Translations under genes and position numbers: made by a program
Notes under the pieces: model-generated
What the model was told of the DNA's origin: nothing
The model's database searches: none
Seen by the model: only the letters and a program-made list of their open reading frames with translations
Shown here: in pieces, positions 27,090 through 37,002 of the stretch
How positions within the stretch are numbered: the first letter of the stretch is position 1
Layout: each line of letters begins with the position of its first letter
Assembly (NCBI GenBank): GCA_028714535.1
Contig: JAQTME010000005.1
Span: 2,781 to 66,780 of the forward strand
From: Candidatus Iainarchaeum sp.
GTDB lineage: Archaea; Micrarchaeota; Micrarchaeia; Anstonellales; Bilamarchaeaceae
Length of the DNA stretch: 64,000 bases
Direction of reading: 5' to 3'

Positions 27090-28822
27090 TTTATCCTGCC
27101 CGCTTCGGTGATGAAGACCACGAAACGCAGGAAAAACAGCGATGTGTGCTTGATTATCGCCACGGCCATCTTGTCATACCACTGGTTGCGCTTGTTGATG
27201 ACGCTCAGCAGGTCGCGGAAGGCCTCCTTCTCGCCGGGGCCCATCTTGCTGTCTGTGATCTTCTTGTGCTCCTTGCCGTCTATGATGGTGAGCTCCTCCT
27301 GCTTGCCAATCTGCTTCTTGGCCTGCTCGTACCAGGGCGGGAGCGACGAGCGCTTCTTGGCCACGGCGGTGACGAAGTCGCCGAGTGTGACAGGCCTCTG
27401 CTTGACCTGCTTCTTCGCGAGCTCCTCGGCCTGCTCCTTGGCCATGCCGCCCTTCATGAGCCCCTCGGTCTTCTTCTCGATGCCCATGAAGGCCTCCCTC
27501 CAGGGTATCGTGGCCGCGTCGTCCACTATGGACTTGAGGTCTGCCGAGGCGTAGCCTTCGGTCGCCAGGCCGAGGAAGAAGAACGGCACCCACAGGCCGA
27601 GCGGCCTCTTCTTGGAATGCATCCTGAGTATGGCTATGCGCGAGGTGCGGTCGGGCTCGGGCAGGTATATGGTCTTGCCGAAACGGCCGGACCTCCTGAG
27701 CGCCGGGTCCACGTCCCAGGGCGCGTTGGTCGCGGCGATGATGAGCACGTTCTGGTTGTTGGCCTCGACCCCGTCCATCTCGTAGAGCATCTGGTTGACG
27801 GCCATCTTCATGTACTGCTGGCCCTCCTGCTGGTCCCTGCGGCCGCCGATGGCGTCCACTTCGTCGAAGAACAGTATGCACGGCGTGTTCTTGCGCGCGA
27901 GCTCGAACACCTTGTGGATGTTCTTCTCGGTGTTGCCCACGTACATGTCCAGCAGGTCGGACAGCTTCGCGTTGATGAAGCCGGACTGGCACTCGCCGGC
28001 CGCGGCCTTGACGATGAAAGTTTTTCCACAGCCTGGAGGCCCGTACATCAGTATGCCGCCTCCGCCGAGCTTGCCGTACTTGCGCGCGAGCTCCGGGTTG
28101 CGCATCGGGTAGACCACCGCCTCGCGGATGTCCTCCTTCATCTTGGCCATGCCCGCGACGTCGTTGAACGTCATGTTGGGCTTCGTGAGCATCTTTATGT
28201 CCGCGGTGCCGCCCTCGCCGCCGCCCTTGCCCTCCTGGTCCTTCTTGGCCTTGGCGCTCTCGAGGTGCGTCTTCGCCTCCGTGAGCTCCGGGTTGAGTTC
28301 GAGGGCCTTCTGGTAGTCAGTGATCGCGCTGGATATGGAGCCTGCGTATTCGAATGCCAGGCCGCGCAGGTGGTACGCCTCAGCGAAGTCGGCCTTGAGC
28401 TTGATGACCTTTGTGAAGTCCTCCACGGCTTTTTCGTATTCCTCCACCGACGCGTATGAGAGGCCGCGGTTGTAGAACGCCTTGAGGTAGTTCGGGTTGA
28501 GCGCGATGGCCTTGTCGTAGTCCTTTATGGCGCTCTGGAAGTCCTGCTTGCGGTAGAACGCGTCGCCCCGGTTATTGTATATTATCGGGTTCTGGGGGTC
28601 CAGCTCCATGGACTTCGTGTAGTCGGCGACCGACTTGTCGAAGTTCTTCAGCTGGTAGTAGGACAATGCGCGGTTGAAGTAGGCCTCTGAGAACACCGGG
28701 TTGAGCAGTATGGCCATGTTGTAGTTCTCTATGGCCTTGTCGTAGTCGCCCTTCTCGTAGTAGTCGTTGCCCATCTGGTAGTATGTCTTCGCGTCAGTAG
28801 GATTTGGCTTGCGGTCAACCAT
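27086..28822 (-). CDS. TPR-repeat AAA+ ATPase
   Basis: Several TPRs (AYFNRA, IYNNRG, AFYNRG), GPPGCGKT, FFDEVD, ALRRSGRF. Its stop overlaps the pyrC start (ATGA). Confidence 0.9.
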   Translation of the reverse strand: MVDRKPNPTDAKTYYQMGNDYYEKGDYDKAIENYNMAILLNPVFSEAYFNRALSYYQLKNFDKSVADYTKSMELDPQNPIIYNNRGDAFYRKQDFQSAIKDYDKAIALNPNYLKAFYNRGLSYASVEEYEKAVEDFTKVIKLKADFAEAYHLRGLAFEYAGSISSAITDYQKALELNPELTEAKTHLESAKAKKDQEGKGGGEGGTADIKMLTKPNMTFNDVAGMAKMKEDIREAVVYPMRNPELARKYGKLGGGGILMYGPPGCGKTFIVKAAAGECQSGFINAKLSDLLDMYVGNTEKNIHKVFELARKNTPCILFFDEVDAIGGRRDQQEGQQYMKMAVNQMLYEMDGVEANNQNVLIIAATNAPWDVDPALRRSGRFGKTIYLPEPDRTSRIAILRMHSKKRPLGLWVPFFFLGLATEGYASADLKSIVDDAATIPWREAFMGIEKKTEGLMKGGMAKEQAEELAKKQVKQRPVTLGDFVTAVAKKRSSLPPWYEQAKKQIGKQEELTIIDGKEHKKITDSKMGPGEKEAFRDLLSVINKRNQWYDKMAVAIIKHTSLFFLRFVVFITEAGRIK

Positions 28823-28881
28823 CAGGGTCACTTTCCAATAACGATGTTCGGGTAACTTTTTAAGCCTGATTTATGACTGGC

Positions 28882-30111
28882 TCATTGCCTGGAGGCGCCG
28901 CCTGCAGCTATGCGCTCCTCTATGCGGAGCAGCTGGTTGTACTTGGCCGTGCGCTCGCCCCTTGCTGGCGCGCCTGTCTTTATCTGCCCTGCGTCTATGC
29001 CGACCGCGAAATCCGCTATGAAGCAGTCTTCCGTCTCGCCTGACCTGTGGCTGACCACGATGTCCAGGCGGCTGTCCCTGCACATCTTCGCCGCGTCGAG
29101 CGCCTCGCTCACGGTGCCTATCTGGTTTATCTTCAGCAATAGCGCGGTCATGGATTTTGCGTCTATGGCCCTGCGGATGCGCTCCACGTTGGTGACAACG
29201 AGGTCGTCGCCCACTACCTGCACGTCGGGAAGCTCCTTCACCAGCGCGGCGAATGCGCCGAAGCTCTCCTCGTAGAACGGGTCCTCTATGCTCTTGATGG
29301 GGTATGCCTTGGCCAAATCCGCGTAGTAGTCTATGAGCTCGTTCTCCCTGAGCTTCTTGCCGTCTATGGAATACGAGCCGTTGTCATGGAACGACGACGC
29401 CGCGGCGTCCAATGCAAGCCCGCACCTGCCGGTATATCCTGTTTCCTCTATCGCCATGACGAGCGAGTCCAATGCCACGTAGGTGTTGTCTATGGGCGGG
29501 GCGTAGCCGCCCTCGTCGCCCACGTTCCTTGCCACGGGCCCGTGCTTCGCCGACAGCTGCTTGCCGAGCACGTGGTATATCTCTGATGCCATCCTCAGGC
29601 GCTCGGAGAACGTGTCGGCTTCTGGGATAATCATGAATTCCTGCACCGCCAGCTTGCCGCCGGCATGCTTGCCGCCGTTTATGATGTTGAACATGGCCCG
29701 CGGAAGCGTCGTGCCGCCGAGGTATTCGTGCAGCATCTTGCCTGACGCCGAGCACGCGGCGCGCACCACTGCCATGGATACCGCGACCATCGCGTTCGCG
29801 CCGAGCCTGCTCTTGTCCTTGGTGCCGTCAAGCTCGCGCATCTTCAGGTCCACCGCGGCCGGCTCGTCCAGGTCCATGCCGACCAGCGCTGGCCCGATGA
29901 TGGAATTTACGTTGTCCACGGCCTTGAGGACGCCCTTGCCCATGTAGCGCGCGCCGCCGTCGCGCATCTCGTGCGCCTCGTGCTTTCCTGTGGAAGCGCC
30001 GCTGGGCGCAGCCGCGCTGCCGAACCCGCCCTCGGCCACCACGTCGACCTCCACTGTCGGGTTGCCGCGCGAATCCAGTATCTCCCGTGCCCATACGGCT
30101 TCAATCTTCAT
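28882..30111 (-). CDS. eno: Enolase
   Basis: ILDSRGNPTVE, PSGASTG, NVGDEGG, LLKINQIGT, SHRSGETED, GQIKTG, AKYNQLLRIEE. Confidence 0.97.
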   Translation of the reverse strand: MKIEAVWAREILDSRGNPTVEVDVVAEGGFGSAAAPSGASTGKHEAHEMRDGGARYMGKGVLKAVDNVNSIIGPALVGMDLDEPAAVDLKMRELDGTKDKSRLGANAMVAVSMAVVRAACSASGKMLHEYLGGTTLPRAMFNIINGGKHAGGKLAVQEFMIIPEADTFSERLRMASEIYHVLGKQLSAKHGPVARNVGDEGGYAPPIDNTYVALDSLVMAIEETGYTGRCGLALDAAASSFHDNGSYSIDGKKLRENELIDYYADLAKAYPIKSIEDPFYEESFGAFAALVKELPDVQVVGDDLVVTNVERIRRAIDAKSMTALLLKINQIGTVSEALDAAKMCRDSRLDIVVSHRSGETEDCFIADFAVGIDAGQIKTGAPARGERTAKYNQLLRIEERIAAGGASRQ

Positions 30112-30171
30112 GGAAAGCGCTTCTCCGATAACGCTTATTTACCTTGCGCCCAAAGTCACCAGCGGATAGAC

Positions 30172-30360
30172 ATGGAACTCATCGTGGACAGCGAGAGGAA
30201 GAGGGTGCGGCACTCGGGCAGCGTGGGCGCATTGCTGAGGAAGCTCGGCGTCATGCGCGAAGAAGTCGTCGTCAAGGTGAACGGGAAGCTCGCGCCCGAA
30301 ACCCACAACATCGGCGCACGCGACCGCGTCGAGATAATAAAGGTCGTCTTTGGCGGATAG
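30172..30360 (+). CDS. Ubiquitin-like sulfur carrier (SAMP/ThiS/MoaD family)
   Basis: 62 aa, VVVKVNG, C-terminal VVFGG diglycine, adjacent to the tRNA thiolase. Confidence 0.88.
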   Translation: MELIVDSERKRVRHSGSVGALLRKLGVMREEVVVKVNGKLAPETHNIGARDRVEIIKVVFGG

Positions 30361-31266
30361 ATGCACATGGAAAAATGCAGGTGCGGCAGGGATGCCGTGG
30401 CTTATCTCCATTATTCGTGCCAGCACATGTGCGCCGCGCACTTCATCCGCATGTTCGACAAGCGGTTCCGCAAGACAGTGCGCCAGTTCTCCATGCTGAA
30501 GAAGGGCGACCGCGTCGCGGTCGGCCTGTCAGGAGGCAAGGACAGCTGCGTGCTCCTGCACTCGCTCGCGGAACTGAAGAAGGATTTGCCGTTCGAATTG
30601 GTGGCGATAACCATAGACGAGGGAATCGCAGGCTATCGAAGCCGCACGCTGCGCATCGCCAGGCGCGAATGCGAGCGGCTCGGCGTGGAGCACGTGGTGC
30701 ACAGATTCGAAGACGAAGCCGGGAAAACGCTCGACCGGCTCGTGAAACGGAAGGATAGTGCGCTGCCGTGCACCCAGTGCGGCGTCCTGCGGCGCTACAT
30801 GCTCAACAAGGGCGCGCGCGAGGCGGACGCCAACAAGCTCGCCACCGGGCACAACCTGGACGACGTGGCGCAGACGGTCCTGATGAACATCATGCGCAAC
30901 GAGCCGTCGCGGCTCGCGCGCTTCAACGAGCCGCTGGTGAAAAGCGGCCGGTTCGTGCGCAGGATACGGCCGCTCATGCTCACGCCGGAGAAGGAGAACG
31001 CTATTTACGCGATGCTGAAAGGCATCGAGCTGGAGCGCGTGGAATGCCCGTACGCGCACACCGCGTTCCGCAGCCACGTGCGGAAGATGCTCAACGGGAG
31101 CGAGGAGACGTATCCCGGCACGAAATTCAAGGTCGTGAACAGTTTTTTGGAGATCGAGGGCGCGCTGAGAAGCAGGTACGCCAAGGGCGCGGCAGTGGCG
31201 GAGTGCGGAACGTGCGGCGAGCCGTGCTCCAAGGGGCAGTGCATGTTCTGCAGGATAGTCCGGTGA
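30361..31266 (+). CDS. ncsA: tRNA 2-thiolation enzyme (TtuA/NcsA family)
   Basis: VGLSGGKDS, CTQCGVLRR, ATGHNLDD, ECPYA, C-terminal CxxC...CxxC zinc finger. Confidence 0.9.
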   Translation: MHMEKCRCGRDAVAYLHYSCQHMCAAHFIRMFDKRFRKTVRQFSMLKKGDRVAVGLSGGKDSCVLLHSLAELKKDLPFELVAITIDEGIAGYRSRTLRIARRECERLGVEHVVHRFEDEAGKTLDRLVKRKDSALPCTQCGVLRRYMLNKGAREADANKLATGHNLDDVAQTVLMNIMRNEPSRLARFNEPLVKSGRFVRRIRPLMLTPEKENAIYAMLKGIELERVECPYAHTAFRSHVRKMLNGSEETYPGTKFKVVNSFLEIEGALRSRYAKGAAVAECGTCGEPCSKGQCMFCRIVR

Positions 31267-31314
31267 CTAGTATTAAAATACATCTTATACAACATCTCCC
31301 CGGGTGGTAGGGAG

Positions 31315-32271
31315 ATGAAGCTCACGCATGACACGGCGCGGCAGGAAGGCGCGCCGAAGAGGCCGTTCAGGAAGCTGAAGGCAGCTGCCGGCGTACTTGT
31401 AACCGCAGCCAAATGCGTGCTCTGGGTTTCGCCTTTGCTTGGGCTAACTGCACTCGTTATGTTATACAAGAGTGGATATGATGGGGAGAAGAAGGAACGT
31501 GCAGAGGTAGTTGCCTACTGGGATGAGCGGGATTCGTTTGCACGCGCAAAGGGATGGGCTCCCATAAGTGACGGGGCTGATGTCCGCAGCCAATGCATAA
31601 TCCACCGATGGTCTAAGCTACAGGATGCCACAACTGCCGAACGCAGGTTACTAATCCGTGATGCGGTGGACGAATATGAATGGAAGGCCCGGATGGACTT
31701 TGATTTGGACATACAAAACCATCACATAGATTCGAATGCCAGGAGAGAAGATTCGTTATTCATTGTAGCTGGCATGCGCAAAGAGGATGACGCGGGTCTT
31801 GCAGAAGTGGCAGAGTACCTGAGCAAGCCGAATCTGCACATGAGTGCAAGGAGGCGGGATTCGCTGATAAGCGCCACCCTCAATCGCTTCAAACCGATGC
31901 TCCCTGAGGCGAGGGAACGCAAATCGGATTCGCTATGGTTGCACGGGGCAGCCAAAGCTGGCGAAGCGGCGACTTTGAGAGAAGACAATTCAAAGAAACT
32001 CAAGGCCATTGTGGCGAATACCCTGGCACAGGGAGAGACTGCAGCGGGGTGGAAGGCGATGATACGCAGCGCCCTGCGCAAGTATGAGAAAGTGAAGGCA
32101 CCGGATGGCTGCTCAAGGGAAAGTGATTCCATCACGGTATCTCGCGCCTTGAGGTGGCAGTGTACGTGTGATGTGGACTGTTACAAACGCTGGCTGAAGC
32201 CGGCAGAACCATTGTCGGAGAAGGGGTTCAAGGAGAAATGGGGGAATGTAAGCGGCATACCGCGGTTCTGA
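31315..32271 (+). CDS. Orphan membrane-anchored protein with shared N-terminal leader
   Basis: MKLTHDTARQEGAPKRPFRKL plus hydrophobic helix, and repeated IR..L..YE / R.DSL motifs. Confidence 0.7.
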   Translation: MKLTHDTARQEGAPKRPFRKLKAAAGVLVTAAKCVLWVSPLLGLTALVMLYKSGYDGEKKERAEVVAYWDERDSFARAKGWAPISDGADVRSQCIIHRWSKLQDATTAERRLLIRDAVDEYEWKARMDFDLDIQNHHIDSNARREDSLFIVAGMRKEDDAGLAEVAEYLSKPNLHMSARRRDSLISATLNRFKPMLPEARERKSDSLWLHGAAKAGEAATLREDNSKKLKAIVANTLAQGETAAGWKAMIRSALRKYEKVKAPDGCSRESDSITVSRALRWQCTCDVDCYKRWLKPAEPLSEKGFKEKWGNVSGIPRF

Positions 32272-32347
32272 CAGGAGAGGCATACGCGGCAACGGAATAG
32301 GATTTTCAGCCGGGGCCGGAAGGGACTGAATTGAGGAGGATGGGGAC

Positions 32348-33259
32348 ATGAAACTGATGCGTGAAGCGCGCGGGCAGGAAGGCGCGCAGAGGAGGCCGTT
32401 CAGGAAGCTTGCCATAGCAGCCGCGGTGCTCCTGTCAGCCGCATCCCTTTCCCTGGTCGGAATCTGCGCCAAGAGCGCGCTGGAAGCCGCGGACGCCAGG
32501 CGGGAGGCGGTGTGCCGGGCTGAGAAGCTGGAGCGTGCCGAGTGGAAGCGGGAGAGGTGGAGGGAGTTCGATTCGGCTGAGGTCGTTCGCATCGCGCTCA
32601 CGCTGCAGGCCAGGGAACTTGCGGCGGGAAGGCGCGTTTCAGACGCGGCTGGCGACGGGATGCGCATCCGCGCGGCGCTCGACGAATATGAGCGCGAGTG
32701 GGATGAATTTACAGGAGGGTGTAGAAAAGACAGGGGGGACGAAGATCCGTCCCTTCAAATCACGCGGTTTTACTCCATTCCGGAATCCATGGACGGCCCC
32801 GCGGCGACTGATCTTGGTCCCAGGCAAAGGGTGCGGGATTCGCTGCTGCTCCTGAAACTGATGAAGGGGGAGGGATGGGCAGGGGAAGTGAAGCGGGGGC
32901 TGGAGCAGGAGAAGATAATACTGTGGAACATGGACGCCCACAGCCTCCGCGAACTGGCACGGGACCTGAGGATTGCAAGGTTCGAGAATGTGGAGGACTC
33001 GCTGGAGAAACACGATTCGATGTGCATGTTTTCCTATGTCGGCATGATGCCGACTGTATATACCGTGAGGCGCTTCATAGGGACGCCCGCGGATGTCAGG
33101 CTGCAAAAAAGGCAGATACGCGGGATACTGGATGGATTCGAAGCGCGGGCGCCCCGCCAGAGGGCCGAAGACTCCGTGATGCTCCTGAGGGTGATGGAAA
33201 TCTGCTGGAATGACTGGTTTACGAAGAGGGAGAATGACCACTACGAGTACTATAAATAG
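32348..33259 (+). CDS. Orphan membrane-anchored protein, paralog of 31315
   Basis: MKLMREARGQEGAQRRPFRKL plus hydrophobic helix, and the same internal motifs. Confidence 0.7.
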   Translation: MKLMREARGQEGAQRRPFRKLAIAAAVLLSAASLSLVGICAKSALEAADARREAVCRAEKLERAEWKRERWREFDSAEVVRIALTLQARELAAGRRVSDAAGDGMRIRAALDEYEREWDEFTGGCRKDRGDEDPSLQITRFYSIPESMDGPAATDLGPRQRVRDSLLLLKLMKGEGWAGEVKRGLEQEKIILWNMDAHSLRELARDLRIARFENVEDSLEKHDSMCMFSYVGMMPTVYTVRRFIGTPADVRLQKRQIRGILDGFEARAPRQRAEDSVMLLRVMEICWNDWFTKRENDHYEYYK

Positions 33260-33318
33260 CTGGCGCAGGTTTCAGCCCCGGCAGTAAAACAATGCCGCAC
33301 CGGGCCGGGCGTGGACGG

Positions 33319-33915
33319 TCAGGCCATGACATCGACGTCTTTCGGCGGCCCCTGCCGATTCTTCCTCATCTGGGCCACGCGCGTTTTCACATGGTTGATG
33401 TATTTCCTGGCTGCGGCATCGGCGTCCAGGATGTCGAACCCCAGAAGCTTAAAGGACGCCTTGATTCCGTTGTAATGGAACAGCACCACGTGTTGCGGCT
33501 CAGTGAAAAACGGTTTTTCCAGCAGGTCCATCACCGCCTGCAGCACAGGCCAGAGATCGGCTGGAACGTAGTCCGCCGTCTTGCGTATGATGGTGCCTGC
33601 CCTGCCGAGCAGGTACATGGCGATTGAGACGCGCTCCATCTGCAGGCCGCATTCCGGGACTTCCGCATCCCTGGGCTTCGCGGCGATTGAGGCGAGTTCC
33701 CCCTGTATGAGGAGCCGCTTCGCAGCCAGGAGGTTGGACCAGGTGGACTTCAGGTTCAGGTCTCCTGCCCTCTTATTCCCGTGACTGCCAGCCTCAGGGT
33801 CCCTGAAGAAACGCCTGAACCAGCGAACCCGTGTGGGGTCCTTGTTGACAAGGTTCGGGGGCTTCACCGGGCGGACAAGCTGCCTGCGGGCGGGCGGCGT
33901 TTGGTATAAGAACAC
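33319..33915 (-). CDS. Hypothetical protein
   Basis: 198-aa ORF (GTG start) with no recognised motif. Confidence 0.55.
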   Translation of the reverse strand: MFLYQTPPARRQLVRPVKPPNLVNKDPTRVRWFRRFFRDPEAGSHGNKRAGDLNLKSTWSNLLAAKRLLIQGELASIAAKPRDAEVPECGLQMERVSIAMYLLGRAGTIIRKTADYVPADLWPVLQAVMDLLEKPFFTEPQHVVLFHYNGIKASFKLLGFDILDADAAARKYINHVKTRVAQMRKNRQGPPKDVDVMA

Positions 33916-33972
33916 GGATTTCTTTTTGTAAAGAATGTATTAAAATGGCTATTCTTCAAGCGGCGGGGCCCT

Positions 33973-35427
33973 TCACTTCAGCGCTGCCTTTACCAGCTTT
34001 GCGGGTATCCTGGTCTCATGGCCCGGGCGGATGAGCGCCTTTTCCCTGAATTCCGTGTTGAGGATCCTGGCCGAGAGTTCCTTGATGTCAAGCTGCGCTG
34101 TTTTCGAATCAGGCGAAGACCATACCTCGGTCGTTTTCGGCCGCGAGACGTTCATATCATAACCTATGACGTGCATCTCCAGATAGCTCGAATCGTCCAG
34201 GATGGTGAGCATGAACGCGTTGGCCAATGCAGTGCTCCGCTTTTGGAAGATGGAGGACATGCTGCGGAGCAGGCCTTCAGGCGTGTTTATCTCTCCCATG
34301 GAGGGCTTGAATTCACCCTTCCCTGTCATCGTGACTGTCGGGGTGAATGCGTCCAGTCGCCTTCCCAACGCAGCCTTGGTCTTCTGGAGGAGGATGACGT
34401 TGGTCGTCTGGTCCATCTTCTGCTTCACGCGCTCTGCATCGCCTACGCCGGCGGCCCTGAGCTCCTGGAGGCTCAGCGTCCTTGTCATGAGCGTGCCTTC
34501 TGTCTTGATCTCGAAGCCGAAATCCTGCACCTGGTTCTCGAAGACATGCGTGCGCCAATAGTCGCAGGGCAGGGAGATGAGGGCTGTGCCTCCATCGACC
34601 AGGAGCCGGTTCGCCTCGTTGACGGCGCTCACCAGGGATTCCTGGGGGATGCGGTGGCAGAACTGGAGCAGGGCCAGGGTTTCAAACCTGGCAGTGGGCT
34701 CTGCCATGACCTCCGGCCTCGTGAATTCATGCGCCCTGATGAAGCTGCGGCTCATGCCGATGTCGAGCATGGCTGCGGCCCTTCCGAGCGGCTCAGGATA
34801 GAAGGAGACCTCAAGGACCTTCCTGTTTTCGAAGGTGTCACGCAACTGCCTGAGGAGGCCGAGGGCCTCCCTGAAGACGCGCGTGTTCGGCAGCCTCCGC
34901 CTGATGCTCTCCACGAAGGATGGCGCCTGCACGTCGTGCTCCACCTCCAGCGCGTTCATCTGGTCCTCTGTAAGGCCGCGCTTGAGGTACATGGCTTTCC
35001 TGAGTTCAGGGTTCGCTTCGATGCGTTCTCCGATAGAATTATTGCCATACGGAAGAGGGCCTTTGCCTGCTTTGCTGAGATTGAAGGGATTTGGGACACC
35101 GTCAAAAGAGTTGATGGCATCCAGGAGTATGTTGCCAAGGCGCTTATTTTTTGCGATGAGGGCTTTTCCTTCCAAGTTATTCCACTCGGTGCCGGAGACA
35201 AACTTGTCAAAGACGTCACGGGGGCACGTTTCGATGAATGTTACGCTACGCTTTTCAAGAGCCCGTTTGAGGGTTGGATTTGCTTCGATGTGGCCCTTAA
35301 CAAGGGGCCGATAGTACGGGAGAGGGCCGTTGCGGTTTTTGCTGAGATTGGTGGGATTTGGGACGCCTTCGTAGGACTGGATCGCCAGGAGTATCTCGGC
35401 ATCTATGCGTGAGTAGTCTTTTGGCAT
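33973..35427 (-). CDS. Hypothetical protein with duplicated N-terminal repeat and methyltransferase-like central domain
   Basis: Two copies of I..F/Y.GVPNP.NLSK...GPLPY....I...IEANP.L. KVLEVS...EANRLLVDGGTALISLP resembles a class I MTase core. Confidence 0.7.
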   Translation of the reverse strand: MPKDYSRIDAEILLAIQSYEGVPNPTNLSKNRNGPLPYYRPLVKGHIEANPTLKRALEKRSVTFIETCPRDVFDKFVSGTEWNNLEGKALIAKNKRLGNILLDAINSFDGVPNPFNLSKAGKGPLPYGNNSIGERIEANPELRKAMYLKRGLTEDQMNALEVEHDVQAPSFVESIRRRLPNTRVFREALGLLRQLRDTFENRKVLEVSFYPEPLGRAAAMLDIGMSRSFIRAHEFTRPEVMAEPTARFETLALLQFCHRIPQESLVSAVNEANRLLVDGGTALISLPCDYWRTHVFENQVQDFGFEIKTEGTLMTRTLSLQELRAAGVGDAERVKQKMDQTTNVILLQKTKAALGRRLDAFTPTVTMTGKGEFKPSMGEINTPEGLLRSMSSIFQKRSTALANAFMLTILDDSSYLEMHVIGYDMNVSRPKTTEVWSSPDSKTAQLDIKELSARILNTEFREKALIRPGHETRIPAKLVKAALK

Positions 35428-35549
35428 TTATACCGTTATAGTCTATGGGGATAACTGTTTAAATAAGTGCGCATTCGCGGCTTGCGGCGCCTTCAAGGGC
35501 ACAACACCCGGAACAGAAAACCGTGCTTCCGCTGAAACGGCGGGGTAAA

Positions 35550-36119
35550 TCACCTACAGCCTAATAGACCGCAACCCCCTGTGGCCTCCTGGATAAATGC
35601 GCCAATACCGCTGGCCGTGGCCGGCGCCACCACGAAAATGAGGGAAGATAGCAGGGCCAATACGGCCATCATCAGCGGGGTGAAAAGAAGGGCGGCAATC
35701 AGGGAGTTCCAACCGCTGGTTTCGGCATAATACTTCCGGCAAAGATAAACCGCGATGAGCAGCGGCGCCAGAATAAGAGCCAAGCCCGCGATTATCGCGC
35801 CCCCTTCAATGTCGCCGATGACCTGGCCCAATCCGAGGGAGATGATGGCGAAGGCGATGGCGCAGGAGATTGCCAGCATCGAATTGATTGCTGCCACCGG
35901 AACGGAGATTTCCGCCAGGCGTTTTTTGAGGCTGCCCTTTTTTTCTTTGCGCCACAGGGCGATCGCAGCAACGGACAGGATGAGCGATGCGATGACGGCC
36001 CCGAGGAAGTCCATTGCAAAAAATAGCAGGGCGTATGCTTCAGCTGCATCGTTCGGACCTGCGAAAGCAACCCCGCAAAGCGATACAAGAATCGCGAATG
36101 CGATGCGCGCTGGTTTCAT
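35550..36119 (-). CDS. Hypothetical multi-pass membrane protein
   Basis: About 5 hydrophobic helices. Confidence 0.65.
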   Translation of the reverse strand: MKPARIAFAILVSLCGVAFAGPNDAAEAYALLFFAMDFLGAVIASLILSVAAIALWRKEKKGSLKKRLAEISVPVAAINSMLAISCAIAFAIISLGLGQVIGDIEGGAIIAGLALILAPLLIAVYLCRKYYAETSGWNSLIAALLFTPLMMAVLALLSSLIFVVAPATASGIGAFIQEATGGCGLLGCR

Positions 36120-36204
36120 ACGGTGTTTTTTCGTCTCCAGTTTAAATTATTTGCGTTCAGGCCGCGGAGATATGTATTTATTCCTGATGCCGCTAAATAC
36201 AGGC

Positions 36205-36999
36205 ATGGCTGATTTTGGGAGTCTGGTGTGCTGCGGGGGGGCATTCGTCATGATCGGCATCCCGCTCCTCTCCATGTTCATACGCGTCATATACGACTAC
36301 CAGAAGGGCCTTGTCCTGACGCTGGGGAAATATTCAGGCATGCGGGGCAGCGGGCTCCAGCTCATCATACCCGGCATTCAGGACATGAACGTCGTGGACA
36401 TGCGCATACAGACCATAGACATACCGAAGCAGGAGGTGCTCTCCAAGGACAACGTGAGCGCCTTCATCAACGCCGTGGTCTATTTCAGGATAACCAACCC
36501 CGAGGCGGCCATATTCAAGGTGCAGGACTACCGCGCGGCGGTGTTCCAGCACGCCCAGACCGCGATACGCGACGTCGTGGGGAGCAGGACGCTCGACCAG
36601 CTGCTGACCGACAGGAAGTCCATAGCCGATTCCATCTCCACGGTGGTGGACAAGGACGCCAAGGAATGGGGCGTCGACATAAGCGGCATAAAGATACAGG
36701 ACATCGGGCTGCCGGACTCCATGAAGAAGGCCATGGCGAGGCAGGCCCAGGCCGAGAGGGAGAAGCGCGCGGCGATAATCATATCCCAGGGCGAGAGCAT
36801 GGCCGCGGACAAGCTCGCCGCTGCCGCGAAGGTGCTGAGCGAGTCGCCCGGGGCATTGCACCTGAGGACGCTGCAGATGATATCCAGCGTGGCGGCGGAC
36901 AAGACGAACATAATGAACTTCGTGCTGCCCATAGAGGGCGTGCAGGTGTCCGGGAGAGAGGACGCGGCGGCAAAGCCGGCTAAGAAGGCACAGGTGTAG
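36205..36999 (+). CDS. SPFH/band 7 (stomatin-like) protein
   Basis: N-terminal TM, QEVLSKDNVS, AQTAIRDVVG, AMARQAQAEREKRA, ALHLRTLQ. Confidence 0.93.
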   Translation: MADFGSLVCCGGAFVMIGIPLLSMFIRVIYDYQKGLVLTLGKYSGMRGSGLQLIIPGIQDMNVVDMRIQTIDIPKQEVLSKDNVSAFINAVVYFRITNPEAAIFKVQDYRAAVFQHAQTAIRDVVGSRTLDQLLTDRKSIADSISTVVDKDAKEWGVDISGIKIQDIGLPDSMKKAMARQAQAEREKRAAIIISQGESMAADKLAAAAKVLSESPGALHLRTLQMISSVAADKTNIMNFVLPIEGVQVSGREDAAAKPAKKAQV

Positions 37000-37002
37000 C
37001 TC

